The notes beneath the pieces are model-generated. The model ran no database searches, was not told the origin of the DNA, and was given only the letters and a program-made list of their open reading frames with translations. A stretch of DNA of 20,000 nt from IMG/VR virus record IMGVR_UViG_3300049595_003462; one strand, 5' to 3'. The position numbers and the translations under genes were made by a program. The stretch comes from an uncultured virus (IMG/VR IMGVR_UViG_3300049595_003462). Its lineage: Duplodnaviria; Heunggongvirae; Uroviricota; Caudoviricetes. Positions 1-8,684 of the stretch are shown here, piece after piece. Numbering within the stretch: the first letter of the stretch is position 1; each line of letters opens with the position of its first letter.

Positions 1-1
1 T

Positions 2-1120
2 TATAGAGCATCTTGTAAATATGGTGCTGGTACAAGATGGTGCACCGCAATGGAAAGTCAATCATCTTATTTTGAAACCCATACAATTGGTAACCAGGGA
101 TTATATTACATAATATTAAAGAATTTTGACCAATCAAATAAGTTTTATAAGATAGCAATACATATAACACCCAATACAGAAACTTGGTATGACGCGACAG
201 ACACTCCAATGAGCTCAAGAGAACAAGATATTTTTAGTCTTGGAGCACCAAAAGTTATTGAGCTGGTTAGAAAAAATTACGAGGAAAGTGTTCTTAAATC
301 AAAATACGATTTATTTGAAAAACTTTTTAGTGAAGGTTTATATACTGTGAGTGGAGAATTAAAAACTAAAGAATCAGTCGGAATTGAGTATTCTAACCCA
401 AATCTATTATTACCATTAGATATTAATGATGATATGACAAATCACGCAGCAATGGAGATGAACATTTCTATTGATGGTGAATATGTTGACCAATATACGG
501 TTATGATTGTTTTAAATTATGATATTAACTACCCCTCTCTTTTAGTTCTTAGTATCGGATTTAGTTGGGATGATAGTAATACCACTCTTGACTTTGATTT
601 ACATATTGAAAAGTTAGATTTTAACTTAGAATATAATATACCAAAACTCCAAACCGATAATGAGATTAAAAAAATATCTGAAGATATAAACTATCAAATC
701 ACTAGGAGGGTTGTTGATAAAATGAAACAATCTCCTGAATTTATGTCTTTAGTTCACGGAGGAAAGTCAACTTGGACTCCAAATAGAAGTAGTTACGGAT
801 TCACATTTAAAAGAAAAGATTCTGGATTAATTAAAAAACTAGTTGATTATTTAGACTCAGATAACAAAGGAACAAAATTAGATTTTTTAGTTGATATAGG
901 TTCACTACAGAAAAAAGACGTTAACGGAAAACCATACTATTCTCATAAAAATCAAAATAATTGGCAGATACCATCAGCATTTAGAGGACAACTAAGTGGG
1001 TTATTTAACTCAGCAAGATTAGCAGGAATATTAGATTACGACAAAAAAGGTAATCAGTTTTATTTGAAAAAAGGTCCGAATTTTGAGGCATTCAAATCAG
1101 GACAATTAAGTGAGCTTTAA
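2..1120 (+). CDS. hypothetical phage protein, 5'-truncated by window edge
   Basis: ORF track gives 50..1120, but the frame is open from position 2 (YRASCKYGAGTRWCTA-MESQ...), so the true start is probably upstream of the window. Confidence 0.8.
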   Translation, partial: YRASCKYGAGTRWCTAMESQSSYFETHTIGNQGLYYIILKNFDQSNKFYKIAIHITPNTETWYDATDTPMSSREQDIFSLGAPKVIELVRKNYEESVLKSKYDLFEKLFSEGLYTVSGELKTKESVGIEYSNPNLLLPLDINDDMTNHAAMEMNISIDGEYVDQYTVMIVLNYDINYPSLLVLSIGFSWDDSNTTLDFDLHIEKLDFNLEYNIPKLQTDNEIKKISEDINYQITRRVVDKMKQSPEFMSLVHGGKSTWTPNRSSYGFTFKRKDSGLIKKLVDYLDSDNKGTKLDFLVDIGSLQKKDVNGKPYYSHKNQNNWQIPSAFRGQLSGLFNSARLAGILDYDKKGNQFYLKKGPNFEAFKSGQLSEL

Positions 1121-1341
1121 GGTTTTTTAGATAATCTGCGAAAGTAGATATATAATCCAAAAAATACTACCGCAACACAATACAACACAAAGTTGGCTTT
1201 CCATAAACTTCCTGTCCATAAGATTAGTCCATACTGAACAGCATCGAACCCAAAAGGATTGAAGAATAGTGCTATCATTAGAAATAGTTGGGATAAATTG
1301 TCTTGGAATACCCTCCTCCAAGTTTTGTTTTCTACTGTCAT
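1117..1341 (-). CDS. small hypothetical membrane protein
   Basis: 74 aa with two hydrophobic segments and a basic C-terminus; convergent with the previous gene. Confidence 0.65.
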   Translation of the reverse strand: MTVENKTWRRVFQDNLSQLFLMIALFFNPFGFDAVQYGLILWTGSLWKANFVLYCVAVVFFGLYIYFRRLSKKP

Positions 1342-1379
1342 CGTCCATATGTGTGCATTAAAAATTTATGCGACTAAGC

Positions 1380-1410
1380 TTTGTATTTAAGTATAAATAT
1401 CTTATCTTTG
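1380..1410 (+). promoter_or_regulatory. Bacteroidota-type housekeeping promoter
   Basis: TTTG(1380-1383)-N19-TATCTTTG(1403-1410), immediately before ATG 1415. Confidence 0.7.
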
Positions 1411-1414
1411 CTTT

Positions 1415-1990
1415 ATGAAAGTTATATTTTTAGATCATGACGGTGTAATTTGTTTATTAACCGAATGGGGAAGTCGACATAAGAAACAAAAAAAATGGGG
1501 TGAACGGAATACATCCATCTCAATGAATGAAATACCACTTGAATATCGTTTTGATAATTTCAATCAAAAGGCGATTAACATCCTTAACGAAATTTTGGAA
1601 GAAACAGGAGCAGAAATTGTGGTTTCATCAGATTGGAAAAATTTTGCAACTCTTGAAGAGATGGGTAAATATTATGAATCCAAAGGGATTATTAAAAAAC
1701 CTATCGCATTTACATTAAATCTAGGTAATTGTACTTGGTATAATAAAGATGTTTGGGTTTGGAACCCAAAATGGGATTTGGAAATGAGTCGAGTTATTGA
1801 AATTAAACAATACCTACATGACCATCCTGAGATTACTCATTGGGTCTCAATTGATGATTTGAACATGGGTAAAAATGGGGAATCTTGGAAGGATTGGGGG
1901 TTGGATAACTTTGTCTTAACTCCAAATGGTAATGAAGGGATCAAACAATCGGGAATAAAAGAAAAAGTAATCAAATTTTTAAATGATTAA
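1415..1990 (+). CDS. HAD-superfamily phosphatase-like protein (resembles the HAD domain of Swiss-Army-knife RNA repair proteins)
   Basis: Motif I FLDHDGV, motif II VVSSDWK, motif IV WVSIDD. Confidence 0.8.
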   Translation: MKVIFLDHDGVICLLTEWGSRHKKQKKWGERNTSISMNEIPLEYRFDNFNQKAINILNEILEETGAEIVVSSDWKNFATLEEMGKYYESKGIIKKPIAFTLNLGNCTWYNKDVWVWNPKWDLEMSRVIEIKQYLHDHPEITHWVSIDDLNMGKNGESWKDWGLDNFVLTPNGNEGIKQSGIKEKVIKFLND

Positions 1991-2168
1991 TATTAAAGAA
2001 ATTTTAAAAAAAGAAGGTCCGATGTTAAAATTATCTAATATCGCTCCCGAAGGGTTTGTTTTGGTCCATGAAAAAACATTAGAAGATTTGAAAGATTTTG
2101 AAAATTGGAAAAGTTGGAAAAATAATGATTTAACTATTAAAGAACTAAATAATAAAAATTTTAATTAA
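1983..2168 (+). CDS. hypothetical protein
   Basis: 61-aa ORF overlapping the stop of the upstream gene, operon-like. Confidence 0.65.
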   Translation: MINIKEILKKEGPMLKLSNIAPEGFVLVHEKTLEDLKDFENWKSWKNNDLTIKELNNKNFN

Positions 2169-2172
2169 ATTT

Positions 2173-2355
2173 ATGAAAAAACTATGTAGGTCAAATTCAG
2201 GAATAATTGGTGGTGTATGTGGAGGATTAGGAAATTATTTTAATATTGATGATTCACTAATTAGGATTTTATTTGTTGTTTTAATGTTTACACCATTTCC
2301 AATCATTTTTACATATTTATTACTATGGATATCAACACCAAACAAAATAGTATGA
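2173..2355 (+). CDS. pspC: PspC-domain membrane protein
   Basis: KKLCRS...IIGGVCGGLGNYFNID..LIRILFV...YLLLW matches the PspC signature. Confidence 0.85.
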   Translation: MKKLCRSNSGIIGGVCGGLGNYFNIDDSLIRILFVVLMFTPFPIIFTYLLLWISTPNKIV

Positions 2356-2480
2356 AAAAAATAAAAGAAATATTTGTAAATTTTTTTAAATTAATATTTA
2401 AATCTAAAAAAATTAAATCTGATGTGGTTATTAAACCTGAAGTTAACAGATTAACTTACACCAAAAGAACCGACAATTAG
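2352..2480 (+). CDS. small basic hypothetical peptide (42 aa)
   Basis: ATGA overlap with the pspC stop; MKKIKEIFVNFFKLIFKSKKIKSDVVIKPEVNRLTYTKRTDN*. Confidence 0.5.
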   Translation: MKKIKEIFVNFFKLIFKSKKIKSDVVIKPEVNRLTYTKRTDN

Positions 2481-2494
2481 TCGGTTTTTTTTTT
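2468..2494 (+). terminator. intrinsic terminator
   Basis: AACCGAC-aatta-GTCGGTT followed by a T run. Confidence 0.75.
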
Positions 2495-2519
2495 ATTTAT
2501 AATAAACTATTTATATTAT

Positions 2520-3614
2520 ATGAGTAGTCAAACAAAATTAATTAAAGATATAATATCACTTTATGATACAATTCTTGAAAATAAGAATGTGTCTGAAGCC
2601 ATTGATGTATACGATAACGTGGATTTTAAAAGTATTGGTGATGGTAATCCTTCATCTGACAATATTAACACCACCCTTTTACGGGATATTCAAGTCGCTG
2701 CAAAGTCCGTTGGTCTTAAAGTAGATATTACAACCGCAGTAAGTGGCCATGGTAAAAAAACTAAAAGCGGTAATGCAAGTAGACACCCATCAGGAAACGC
2801 TGTTGATATTGCAATAATTAATGGTAAATCCGTTAGTCCTTCAAATAGAGCTGATGCCGACAAATTAGTTAGTGCATTAGTTTCAATGGGTTATACCAAA
2901 AATGCCGAAGGATCAAGTAACCCTAAGTCAGTTTTAACTTTTGGATTTCCAAACCATGATAACCACGTTCACATATCAAATATTACTTCATCTACAAGTG
3001 AGGAACCAAAAACTTCTTCAGACAATACATCGTCAAGTACTGAAAAGGCTGGTTCATTCGCAAGAGAAATTGGTAAATCCATATTAAACGCTGTTGGGAT
3101 TAATGAAGAAAAAGTATATTCAAGTTTTGGTAATAATATAGAATCAAGATACGGTTCAATTGTAATACCAAAAGAAAATAACTCAAAGATTAAAAGTCCT
3201 GTGGAGGGTGTAATAACAAGTTATTATAATTCAAATTGTGATAATCAAATTGTTATTAAATTTGATAATGGTAGTGACGTGGGGTATTTAGAATACTGTG
3301 GTATTTCAACACCTTTAGTTCAAAAGGGTCAATCTGTTAGTAAAGGAACAACAATAGGTAAAACAGATTCAGATGTTAAAGTTACTTTGTACGATTTAAA
3401 TAAAAACAGAGAAAATATTAATACAGATAAAGAAAAAAAATCAAAAGGTAAAGACAAGAATAAAGAAAAGGATAAAGACAGTGATTTATATGGTAAAAAC
3501 GAATATTCAAAACTTTTCATTAATTCATATAGAAATTTAAAAAAATCTTTTGAAAAGAAAGACCCTAAAAAAATAGAAGAAAATATAAATAGAATTAAAG
3601 GTCTATTAAAATAA
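2520..3614 (+). CDS. putative peptidoglycan hydrolase: M15-like Zn peptidase domain plus degenerate M23-like domain
   Basis: SRHPSGNAVD and HDNHVHIS (LAS-family HxxxxxxD / HxH), S/T-rich linker, then IKSPVEGVIT...VQKGQSVSKGTTIG without the M23 histidines. Confidence 0.65.
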   Translation: MSSQTKLIKDIISLYDTILENKNVSEAIDVYDNVDFKSIGDGNPSSDNINTTLLRDIQVAAKSVGLKVDITTAVSGHGKKTKSGNASRHPSGNAVDIAIINGKSVSPSNRADADKLVSALVSMGYTKNAEGSSNPKSVLTFGFPNHDNHVHISNITSSTSEEPKTSSDNTSSSTEKAGSFAREIGKSILNAVGINEEKVYSSFGNNIESRYGSIVIPKENNSKIKSPVEGVITSYYNSNCDNQIVIKFDNGSDVGYLEYCGISTPLVQKGQSVSKGTTIGKTDSDVKVTLYDLNKNRENINTDKEKKSKGKDKNKEKDKDSDLYGKNEYSKLFINSYRNLKKSFEKKDPKKIEENINRIKGLLK

Positions 3615-3641
3615 AAAAACCCACCAATTGGTGGGTTTTTT
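3615..3641. terminator. bidirectional intrinsic terminator
   Basis: AAAAAACCCACC-aatt-GGTGGGTTTTTT between convergent genes. Confidence 0.85.
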
Positions 3642-3658
3642 GTTTCATTAAGGTCTAA

Positions 3659-3829
3659 TTACTTAGTCTCAACAAAAATGGTTGAATCAACGATAAATGT
3701 TGTGTCTGTTATTAATGTTGAATCAACAGTTGCCACGGTAGAATCAGTTGATTTAACTTCAGTTGTTGATGTTCCGTTTCCACAAGAGGCTAATGCTACG
3801 ATTGCGAATAATGCTACGATTTGTTTCAT
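3659..3829 (-). CDS. small lipoprotein (56 aa), not in the ORF track
   Basis: MKQIVALFAIVALASC|GNGTSTTEVKSTDSTVATVDSTLITDTTFIVDSTIFVETK*: signal peptide with LASC lipobox. Confidence 0.8.
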   Translation of the reverse strand: MKQIVALFAIVALASCGNGTSTTEVKSTDSTVATVDSTLITDTTFIVDSTIFVETK

Positions 3830-3936
3830 AATTGTTTGTTTTTTTTTTATTTATAAATTGTTTGTAATTGTTTCGTTATTGATTTAATAAGTATAGACAA
3901 AGATATCATATTTGTCAATTATTGATGATTAATTTT

Positions 3937-5202
3937 TTAAATCATCCAAGAACCAATTTCTTCTAATGACTCATAGGTTAAGACATTAAGATGATTTAAA
4001 ATTTCCTCAACATTGTTTGGGTCTACACCTCCAATTGACATTCTAAACCATCCCTTGTTTTCTTTTGAACCAAAATATTCAAAAGGTACCAACCCAATAC
4101 TACATCTATTAATTAAAAATTTGATATAACTTTCAATAGTCGGAAACGATAAAGACTCACCCAAATAAATTGAAATATAAATTCCACCTTCAGGCCTTTG
4201 GTAATCAATACGGAATCCTTTATCTTTTAATTCTTGGATTTTATCACATATTTTGTTTGAAATATCTGAATATTGTTTTGTTTTTGAATTAACAAATTCA
4301 ACCATATTATCATAATCATTTAGGTACCTTGCAACTGCGTTTTGTTCTGGTTTTGGTGCCCAAGCCCCAATGTGTGAGAAAATCTCTGTCATCTTACCTA
4401 TAATGTCTTGTGGACCAAACATCCAACCAACTCTAATACCTGTGGCACATAGTGATTTAGAGATACCATCCACACAAATCAAATAATCACGGATTTCAGG
4501 GCATAACGTTAATGGGTGAACAAATAAACCCTCAACAGTTAAGTCAGAATAGATTTGGTCAAAAAACAAATACAAGGGTCTTGATCCAACTTGTGATGAC
4601 CTGACGTTATTTTCATTCACCACCAATTCACAAATACTCTTTAATACCTCAGGATTGATTACACGACCTGTTGGGTTTTGTGGTGAACAAATACAAATTA
4701 AAGATGTTTTATCATTAATTGCCATGTCAATATCTGACGCTGTTGGAAAAAATGAGTTCTCAGGTTTACATTCAATTTCTTGTTTAACCGCTCCATGTAA
4801 AAAACTATAGTGATTGTTATTCCAAGATGGTACAGGATAGATAACTCCTTCACCGTTATTAACCAATGCTTTGTAAACAGTATAAATTAATGGACGAACT
4901 CCACCACCAACTAATATTTCATTTTCGTTATAATCTATACCTTGTCTTTTCTTAAGATATTCACTAACTGATTGTCTAAGATTTAATTGACCAGCAGACA
5001 ATGGATAATTAGTTAGATTTTCATTGTAGGAATCAATGATGTAATCTTTAAGTTTTTCGGGGATTGGATTTATGCTTGAATCAAAATCACCAATTGTTAA
5101 ATTTTGGACTTTTTTTGTTTTTGAAATTTCTTTGATTTGTTGAGAGATTTTGATGATTTCAGAACCTACAATGTTGTTTCCTACGTGTGATAATTTTTCC
5201 AT
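3937..5202 (-). CDS. PLP-dependent class I/II aminotransferase (aspartate aminotransferase-like)
   Basis: SPQNPTG, FFDQIY, DGISKSLCATGIRVGW (PLP lysine), WFRMS. Confidence 0.9.
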   Translation of the reverse strand: MEKLSHVGNNIVGSEIIKISQQIKEISKTKKVQNLTIGDFDSSINPIPEKLKDYIIDSYNENLTNYPLSAGQLNLRQSVSEYLKKRQGIDYNENEILVGGGVRPLIYTVYKALVNNGEGVIYPVPSWNNNHYSFLHGAVKQEIECKPENSFFPTASDIDMAINDKTSLICICSPQNPTGRVINPEVLKSICELVVNENNVRSSQVGSRPLYLFFDQIYSDLTVEGLFVHPLTLCPEIRDYLICVDGISKSLCATGIRVGWMFGPQDIIGKMTEIFSHIGAWAPKPEQNAVARYLNDYDNMVEFVNSKTKQYSDISNKICDKIQELKDKGFRIDYQRPEGGIYISIYLGESLSFPTIESYIKFLINRCSIGLVPFEYFGSKENKGWFRMSIGGVDPNNVEEILNHLNVLTYESLEEIGSWMI

Positions 5203-5243
5203 GTATTAATTATAATTTTTAAAATTCTTTTTGTCAAACTATG

Positions 5244-5329
5244 CGGAAGGTGAGGGGCTCGAACCCTCGCGACTTTTACATCCTATCAGTTTAGCAAACT
5301 GACCCCTTCACCAACTTGGGTAACCTTCC
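5244..5329 (-). tRNA. tRNA-Ser(GCT)
   Basis: Acceptor GGAAGGT/ACCTTCC, anticodon arm TCAGT-TTGCTAA-ACTGA, long variable arm, G73. Confidence 0.95.
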
Positions 5330-5389
5330 TTGTATTATTAGTGTTCCAAAATTAATAAAAAAATAGAGTTTTGGAACACTAATAATTTT

Positions 5390-5707
5390 TTATATTAATT
5401 CTAATAGGACATAAGTTAATTTATATCCTGTAAATGCTCCGAGAGCGGACGGTATTGGAAACACAATCATCTTACCTAAATCGGTAACATACTTTGGTCT
5501 GTTAACAATCTTACCCATAAAAAAATAGTAGGTAATATATCCTAACAATACCGCCAAATCTGTCTTGGTTGCAATGAACACAACCAAGGTTGCACCTATA
5601 AATCCAAAGATGAAATTATCTCTAACTCCTTCCCATATTTCGTATGGGGTGGCGTCTTTATATTCTTTAACAATTTTTTGAAATGATTTTCTATTTCTCT
5701 TTAACAT
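5390..5707 (-). CDS. hypothetical membrane protein
   Basis: 105 aa with several hydrophobic helices; promoter directly upstream. Confidence 0.75.
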   Translation of the reverse strand: MLKRNRKSFQKIVKEYKDATPYEIWEGVRDNFIFGFIGATLVVFIATKTDLAVLLGYITYYFFMGKIVNRPKYVTDLGKMIVFPIPSALGAFTGYKLTYVLLELI

Positions 5708-5725
5708 ACTTTAATTTCTTAAATT

Positions 5726-5756
5726 CAAATATAAAAAAATCCCCCTGAATTTCAAA
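5726..5756 (-). promoter_or_regulatory. Bacteroidota-type promoter
   Basis: TTTG-N19-TATATTTG on the minus strand. Confidence 0.6.
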
Positions 5757-5792
5757 CTCAGAGGGATAAATTATTTCTAATAAAAAATTATC

Positions 5793-6260
5793 TTATTTTA
5801 AGAATCTCAATTTATAAAGAGTACTATAAATTAATTCCTGAACAGTATCAATTTGATTTTGAATAAAAGACTCTTTAACCGATTTTCTATTTTTTTCAAT
5901 ATTATCATCTAATCCTTTAAAGTAAGTTATTAGTTGTTCTGTTGACTTATAATCAACCATTTTAATCGTTTTATAACCTGTTAACAAATCGTTTTTACCT
6001 TGGTAACTTTCAACAATACCATCAACTAATCCATCTAATCCTTCATAATATTTTTGTAAGGCTTTGTGCTCAGCAAATGATGATTGTGATTTTGTTTGCC
6101 AATGAAATACATGAGTCTGACTTCTTGAATGAAGTAATGTTGAAATCATATCAACAATATCCCCATCCTCAGCAATATCATCAGCAGTTTCTTTTTTTTC
6201 GGCTTCATTTAAATGCATTACCTTAAATAATTGCTCTTTGCTTATCGTAATTTTATCCAT
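5793..6260 (-). CDS. ferritin/Dps-like four-helix protein
   Basis: HVFHWQT...AEHKALQKYYEGL..LVDGIVESYQG; start reassigned to MDKIT (6260) because the longer ORF runs through a tRNA. Confidence 0.75.
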   Translation of the reverse strand: MDKITISKEQLFKVMHLNEAEKKETADDIAEDGDIVDMISTLLHSRSQTHVFHWQTKSQSSFAEHKALQKYYEGLDGLVDGIVESYQGKNDLLTGYKTIKMVDYKSTEQLITYFKGLDDNIEKNRKSVKESFIQNQIDTVQELIYSTLYKLRFLK

Positions 6261-6295
6261 ACTAATAAATACCTTTCCATTTGGAAAAAAATAAG

Positions 6296-6367
6296 TTGCG
6301 ATAAAAGGAATTGAACCTTTGACATCTTGGATATGAATCAAGTGCTCTACCACTGAGCTATATCGCA
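6296..6367 (-). tRNA. tRNA with CAT anticodon (probably elongator Met)
   Basis: TGCGATA/TATCGCA acceptor, loop TTCATAT; lacks initiator GGG/CCC anticodon stem. Confidence 0.85.
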
Positions 6368-6372
6368 ATTTG

Positions 6373-6447
6373 TAGTCTTATAAGGACTCGAACCTTAACG
6401 TCTTTTTGTCCGTAGCAAAATGTTTTATCCAATTAAACTATAAGACC
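6373..6447 (-). tRNA. tRNA-Arg(ACG)
   Basis: TTTTG-CTACGGA-CAAAA anticodon arm, full cloverleaf. Confidence 0.92.
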
Positions 6448-6451
6448 ATTG

Positions 6452-6524
6452 TTGTCCCGACAGGTCTCGAACCTATACTCTTCTGGACCAAAACCAGACG
6501 TGTTGCCAATTACACCACAGGACA
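6452..6524 (-). tRNA. tRNA-Gln(TTG)
   Basis: TCTGG-TTTTGGT-CCAGA. Confidence 0.93.
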
Positions 6525-6531
6525 ATTTTTG

Positions 6532-6613
6532 TGGGAGCGATAGGACTCGAACCTATGAACTCTAAAGAGGGCGGAGTTACAGTCCGCAGCAATTGCCGCT
6601 ATGCGACGCTCCC
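6532..6613 (-). tRNA. tRNA-Tyr(GTA)
   Basis: GCGGA-CTGTAAC-TCCGC plus variable arm. Confidence 0.95.
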
Positions 6614-6619
6614 AAATAA

Positions 6620-6750
6620 GGAAAACAGAAGATGGTCGAGTGGACATCTGTTTTTACGATTAGCATTACTTAGGTGAATACCTCCCAACTCCGATTGTAC
6701 TAGTCAGTATTCACTCTCGAACTATCAGTACAATCATTCCCTAATCAACC
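6620..6750 (-). ncRNA. candidate pseudoknotted small RNA between tRNA-Trp and tRNA-Tyr
   Basis: Crossing helices 6674-81/6707-14 and 6693-6701/6727-35 inside 6658-63/6741-46; extra hairpin 6622-29/6647-54. Confidence 0.6.
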
Positions 6751-6754
6751 TTTG

Positions 6755-6835
6755 CACGCCAGGAAGGATTCGAACCCCCGTTAAATTAACTTACAGTTTT
6801 GGAGACTGTTGCCTAAGCCGCTCGGCCACTGACGT
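6755..6835 (-). tRNA. tRNA-Trp(CCA) with enlarged variable region
   Basis: ACAGT-CTCCAAA-ACTGT, G73, variable region AAGTTAATTTAAC. Confidence 0.9.
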
Positions 6836-6847
6836 GTATTTTTTTTG

Positions 6848-6918
6848 AGGTCGGTACAGGATTTGAACCTGTGTAAGCGGTTTTGCAGACCGATGCCTAA
6901 CCACTCGGCCAACCGACC
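6848..6918 (-). tRNA. tRNA-Cys(GCA)
   Basis: Loop CTGCAAA, U73. Confidence 0.93.
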
Positions 6919-7023
6919 TTAATATTTTATCAATTCACCGATTACCACAATTACGGTGAGACCATCGGGTACTCGGACCCGTGTTTTCTTTTTACCCGTG
7001 GATTAAACTATTTGATAGGGTAG

Positions 7024-7098
7024 TGTCCCCGATGGGGCTCGAACCCATGACCCCTAAATTAAAAGTTTAGTGCTCTAAACCAACTGAGCTACGAAGAC
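7024..7098 (-). tRNA. tRNA-Lys(TTT)
   Basis: CTAAA-CTTTTAA-TTTAG. Confidence 0.94.
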
Positions 7099-7104
7099 AT
7101 TGTG

Positions 7105-7176
7105 TTGTCACGATAGGATTTGAACCTATGACCGCTTCCGTATCAGGGAAGAACTCTACCGCTGAGTTACGTGACA
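7105..7176 (-). tRNA. tRNA-Ile(GAT)
   Basis: CTTCC-CTGATAC-GGAAG. Confidence 0.94.
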
Positions 7177-7213
7177 ATAAAAAAAGGTTCTAAATCATCC
7201 CCACGCCATTTTG

Positions 7214-7770
7214 AGAGAACCTTTTAAGTTTTAGATTTGGCGATATAGTATCCCACACCGATATGTCTAAGATTTGTTAGACAATAGTAACCATCCACGG
7301 TGGGTCTGTACTTTCACACTCCGTCCATGTTTACTTATCTAATCGGTTTGTCATAGAGTTTTCAACATAGCGTTCAGTGCTATCCTCAGAACATCTTCAC
7401 CCTACCCCCAAAGTTACGTGGTGAGTCTCACTCGGAAGAAGAGTGTGTACCGTAAGATTGTTCAGTATTCTTACGACTTGTGGATTCTATTACGACTAAT
7501 TAAAGCCCCTTACCCCCTTAATCCATAATGGGGAACTCTTCTAATTTGAGATTCCAATGTACCTGACGGAATTTCACCCAATCAATTAATCTCGTTCATG
7601 AAAGATTATACAAGTTTCACTCTGTGTTACCTCCCCCATAGCCTTGAAGCCTTCAAGTCAGGGTCACACACCATAACGAACAAGTACTTTTCGTTAATCG
7701 TGGGGTCTTAAGTAAAGTATGACGTTTGATCGTCCTATGGTTGTTTCCATCCGCGGACTCACGGTTCTCT
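7214..7770 (-). ncRNA. candidate large ornate structured RNA (~560 nt)
   Basis: No credible ORF, GC above flanking genes, ends closed by AGAGAACC/GGTTCTCT, many internal hairpins; lies between tRNA-Ser and tRNA-Ile. Confidence 0.65.
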
Positions 7771-7775
7771 TTACT

Positions 7776-7865
7776 TGGCGGAGAGGGAGGGATTCGAACC
7801 CCCGTTAGAGTCTCCCCTAAAACGGTTTTCAAGACCGCCGCGTTCGACCGCTCTGCCACCTCTCC
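7776..7865 (-). tRNA. tRNA-Ser(TGA), CCA encoded
   Basis: GCGGT-CTTGAAA-ACCGT, long variable arm, GCCA end. Confidence 0.96.
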
Positions 7866-7889
7866 ATTTAATAGGTACAAACCTAATAA

Positions 7890-8285
7890 TTATTTTATTA
7901 AAATCCAAGCTTCTTTACAATATTTTTCATGTTTTCTTGCTTCGATTTCCATTGGATGCTTTTCATATCCATGTGTTTTTAACATTTTATAATACCTACT
8001 TACAATTGGTTGTAATGTGTGGGCATATTCATGTAATGTTGTTTCAATTACATCTTTAACATTCTTACAATTGTTTTTAAAGATATAAATAGTATTAGTA
8101 TCAGGATTATACTCACCAAAATTTTGAATTTCGGCGTTTTTACTTTGATTCTTAACTACAACAGTACAACATCCTTTTCTTTTGTTAATTCCAAATTTAA
8201 ATACACTATATCTTATTGTTTTATCAACAATTCTTCTAATTTCTCTGTGATTTAAATTATTTAAATTTGTATTTAGTCTGATCAT
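7890..8285 (-). CDS. putative HEXXH zinc metallopeptidase
   Basis: TTLHEYAH...HPMEIEAR; start moved to MIRLNT because a promoter (8305-8335) overlaps the longer N-terminus. Confidence 0.75.
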   Translation of the reverse strand: MIRLNTNLNNLNHREIRRIVDKTIRYSVFKFGINKRKGCCTVVVKNQSKNAEIQNFGEYNPDTNTIYIFKNNCKNVKDVIETTLHEYAHTLQPIVSRYYKMLKTHGYEKHPMEIEARKHEKYCKEAWILIK

Positions 8286-8304
8286 ATGTTTATTGTTTGG
8301 AATA

Positions 8305-8335
8305 CAAATATACATAAAAATACCATATTAACAAA
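8305..8335 (-). promoter_or_regulatory. Bacteroidota-type promoter
   Basis: TTTG-N19-TATATTTG. Confidence 0.6.
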
Positions 8336-8439
8336 AAAATATTTTTAGGTCGTGACGAACCCATCTGTCACTTCTTACTAGATACTTGTGGCTTGATTAT
8401 CATGATTAACGCCGCTACCACTAGGGATCCCAACCTATT

Positions 8440-8517
8440 TGGGTGACTAACGGGAGTCGAACCCGTGACCTCTTGAACCACAATCAAGCACTCTAAACCA
8501 ACTGAGCTATAGCCAAC
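8440..8517 (-). tRNA. tRNA-His(GTG)
   Basis: CTTGA-TTGTGGT-TCAAG, G-1/C73 pattern. Confidence 0.92.
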
Positions 8518-8684
8518 ATGTAAAAGGTAGTGGTTGACTTTATCAAGAATCCCGCCTAGCGACCATAAGTTTGGGCCCAGCTTCACACACCATTAGAGAG
8601 TTGGGTATTACTACCTATCCTTAGTGTGTACCCTTGCGTCACGTCTCTCCACGCTTATCAACCTACGCATTTTACTACCAATTG

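Noticed and set aside
3678..3887. Plus-strand 69-aa ORF
   Set aside because: Antisense shadow of the minus-strand lipoprotein gene.
6261..6368. N-terminal extension of the ferritin-like ORF
   Set aside because: It runs through the tRNA-CAT gene; the ATG at 6260 is a better start.
7214..7770. RNase P RNA or tmRNA assignment
   Set aside because: I could not find the RNase P P4 motifs (GAGGAAAGUCC, AGAACCCGGCUUA-like) or tmRNA tRNA-like ends.
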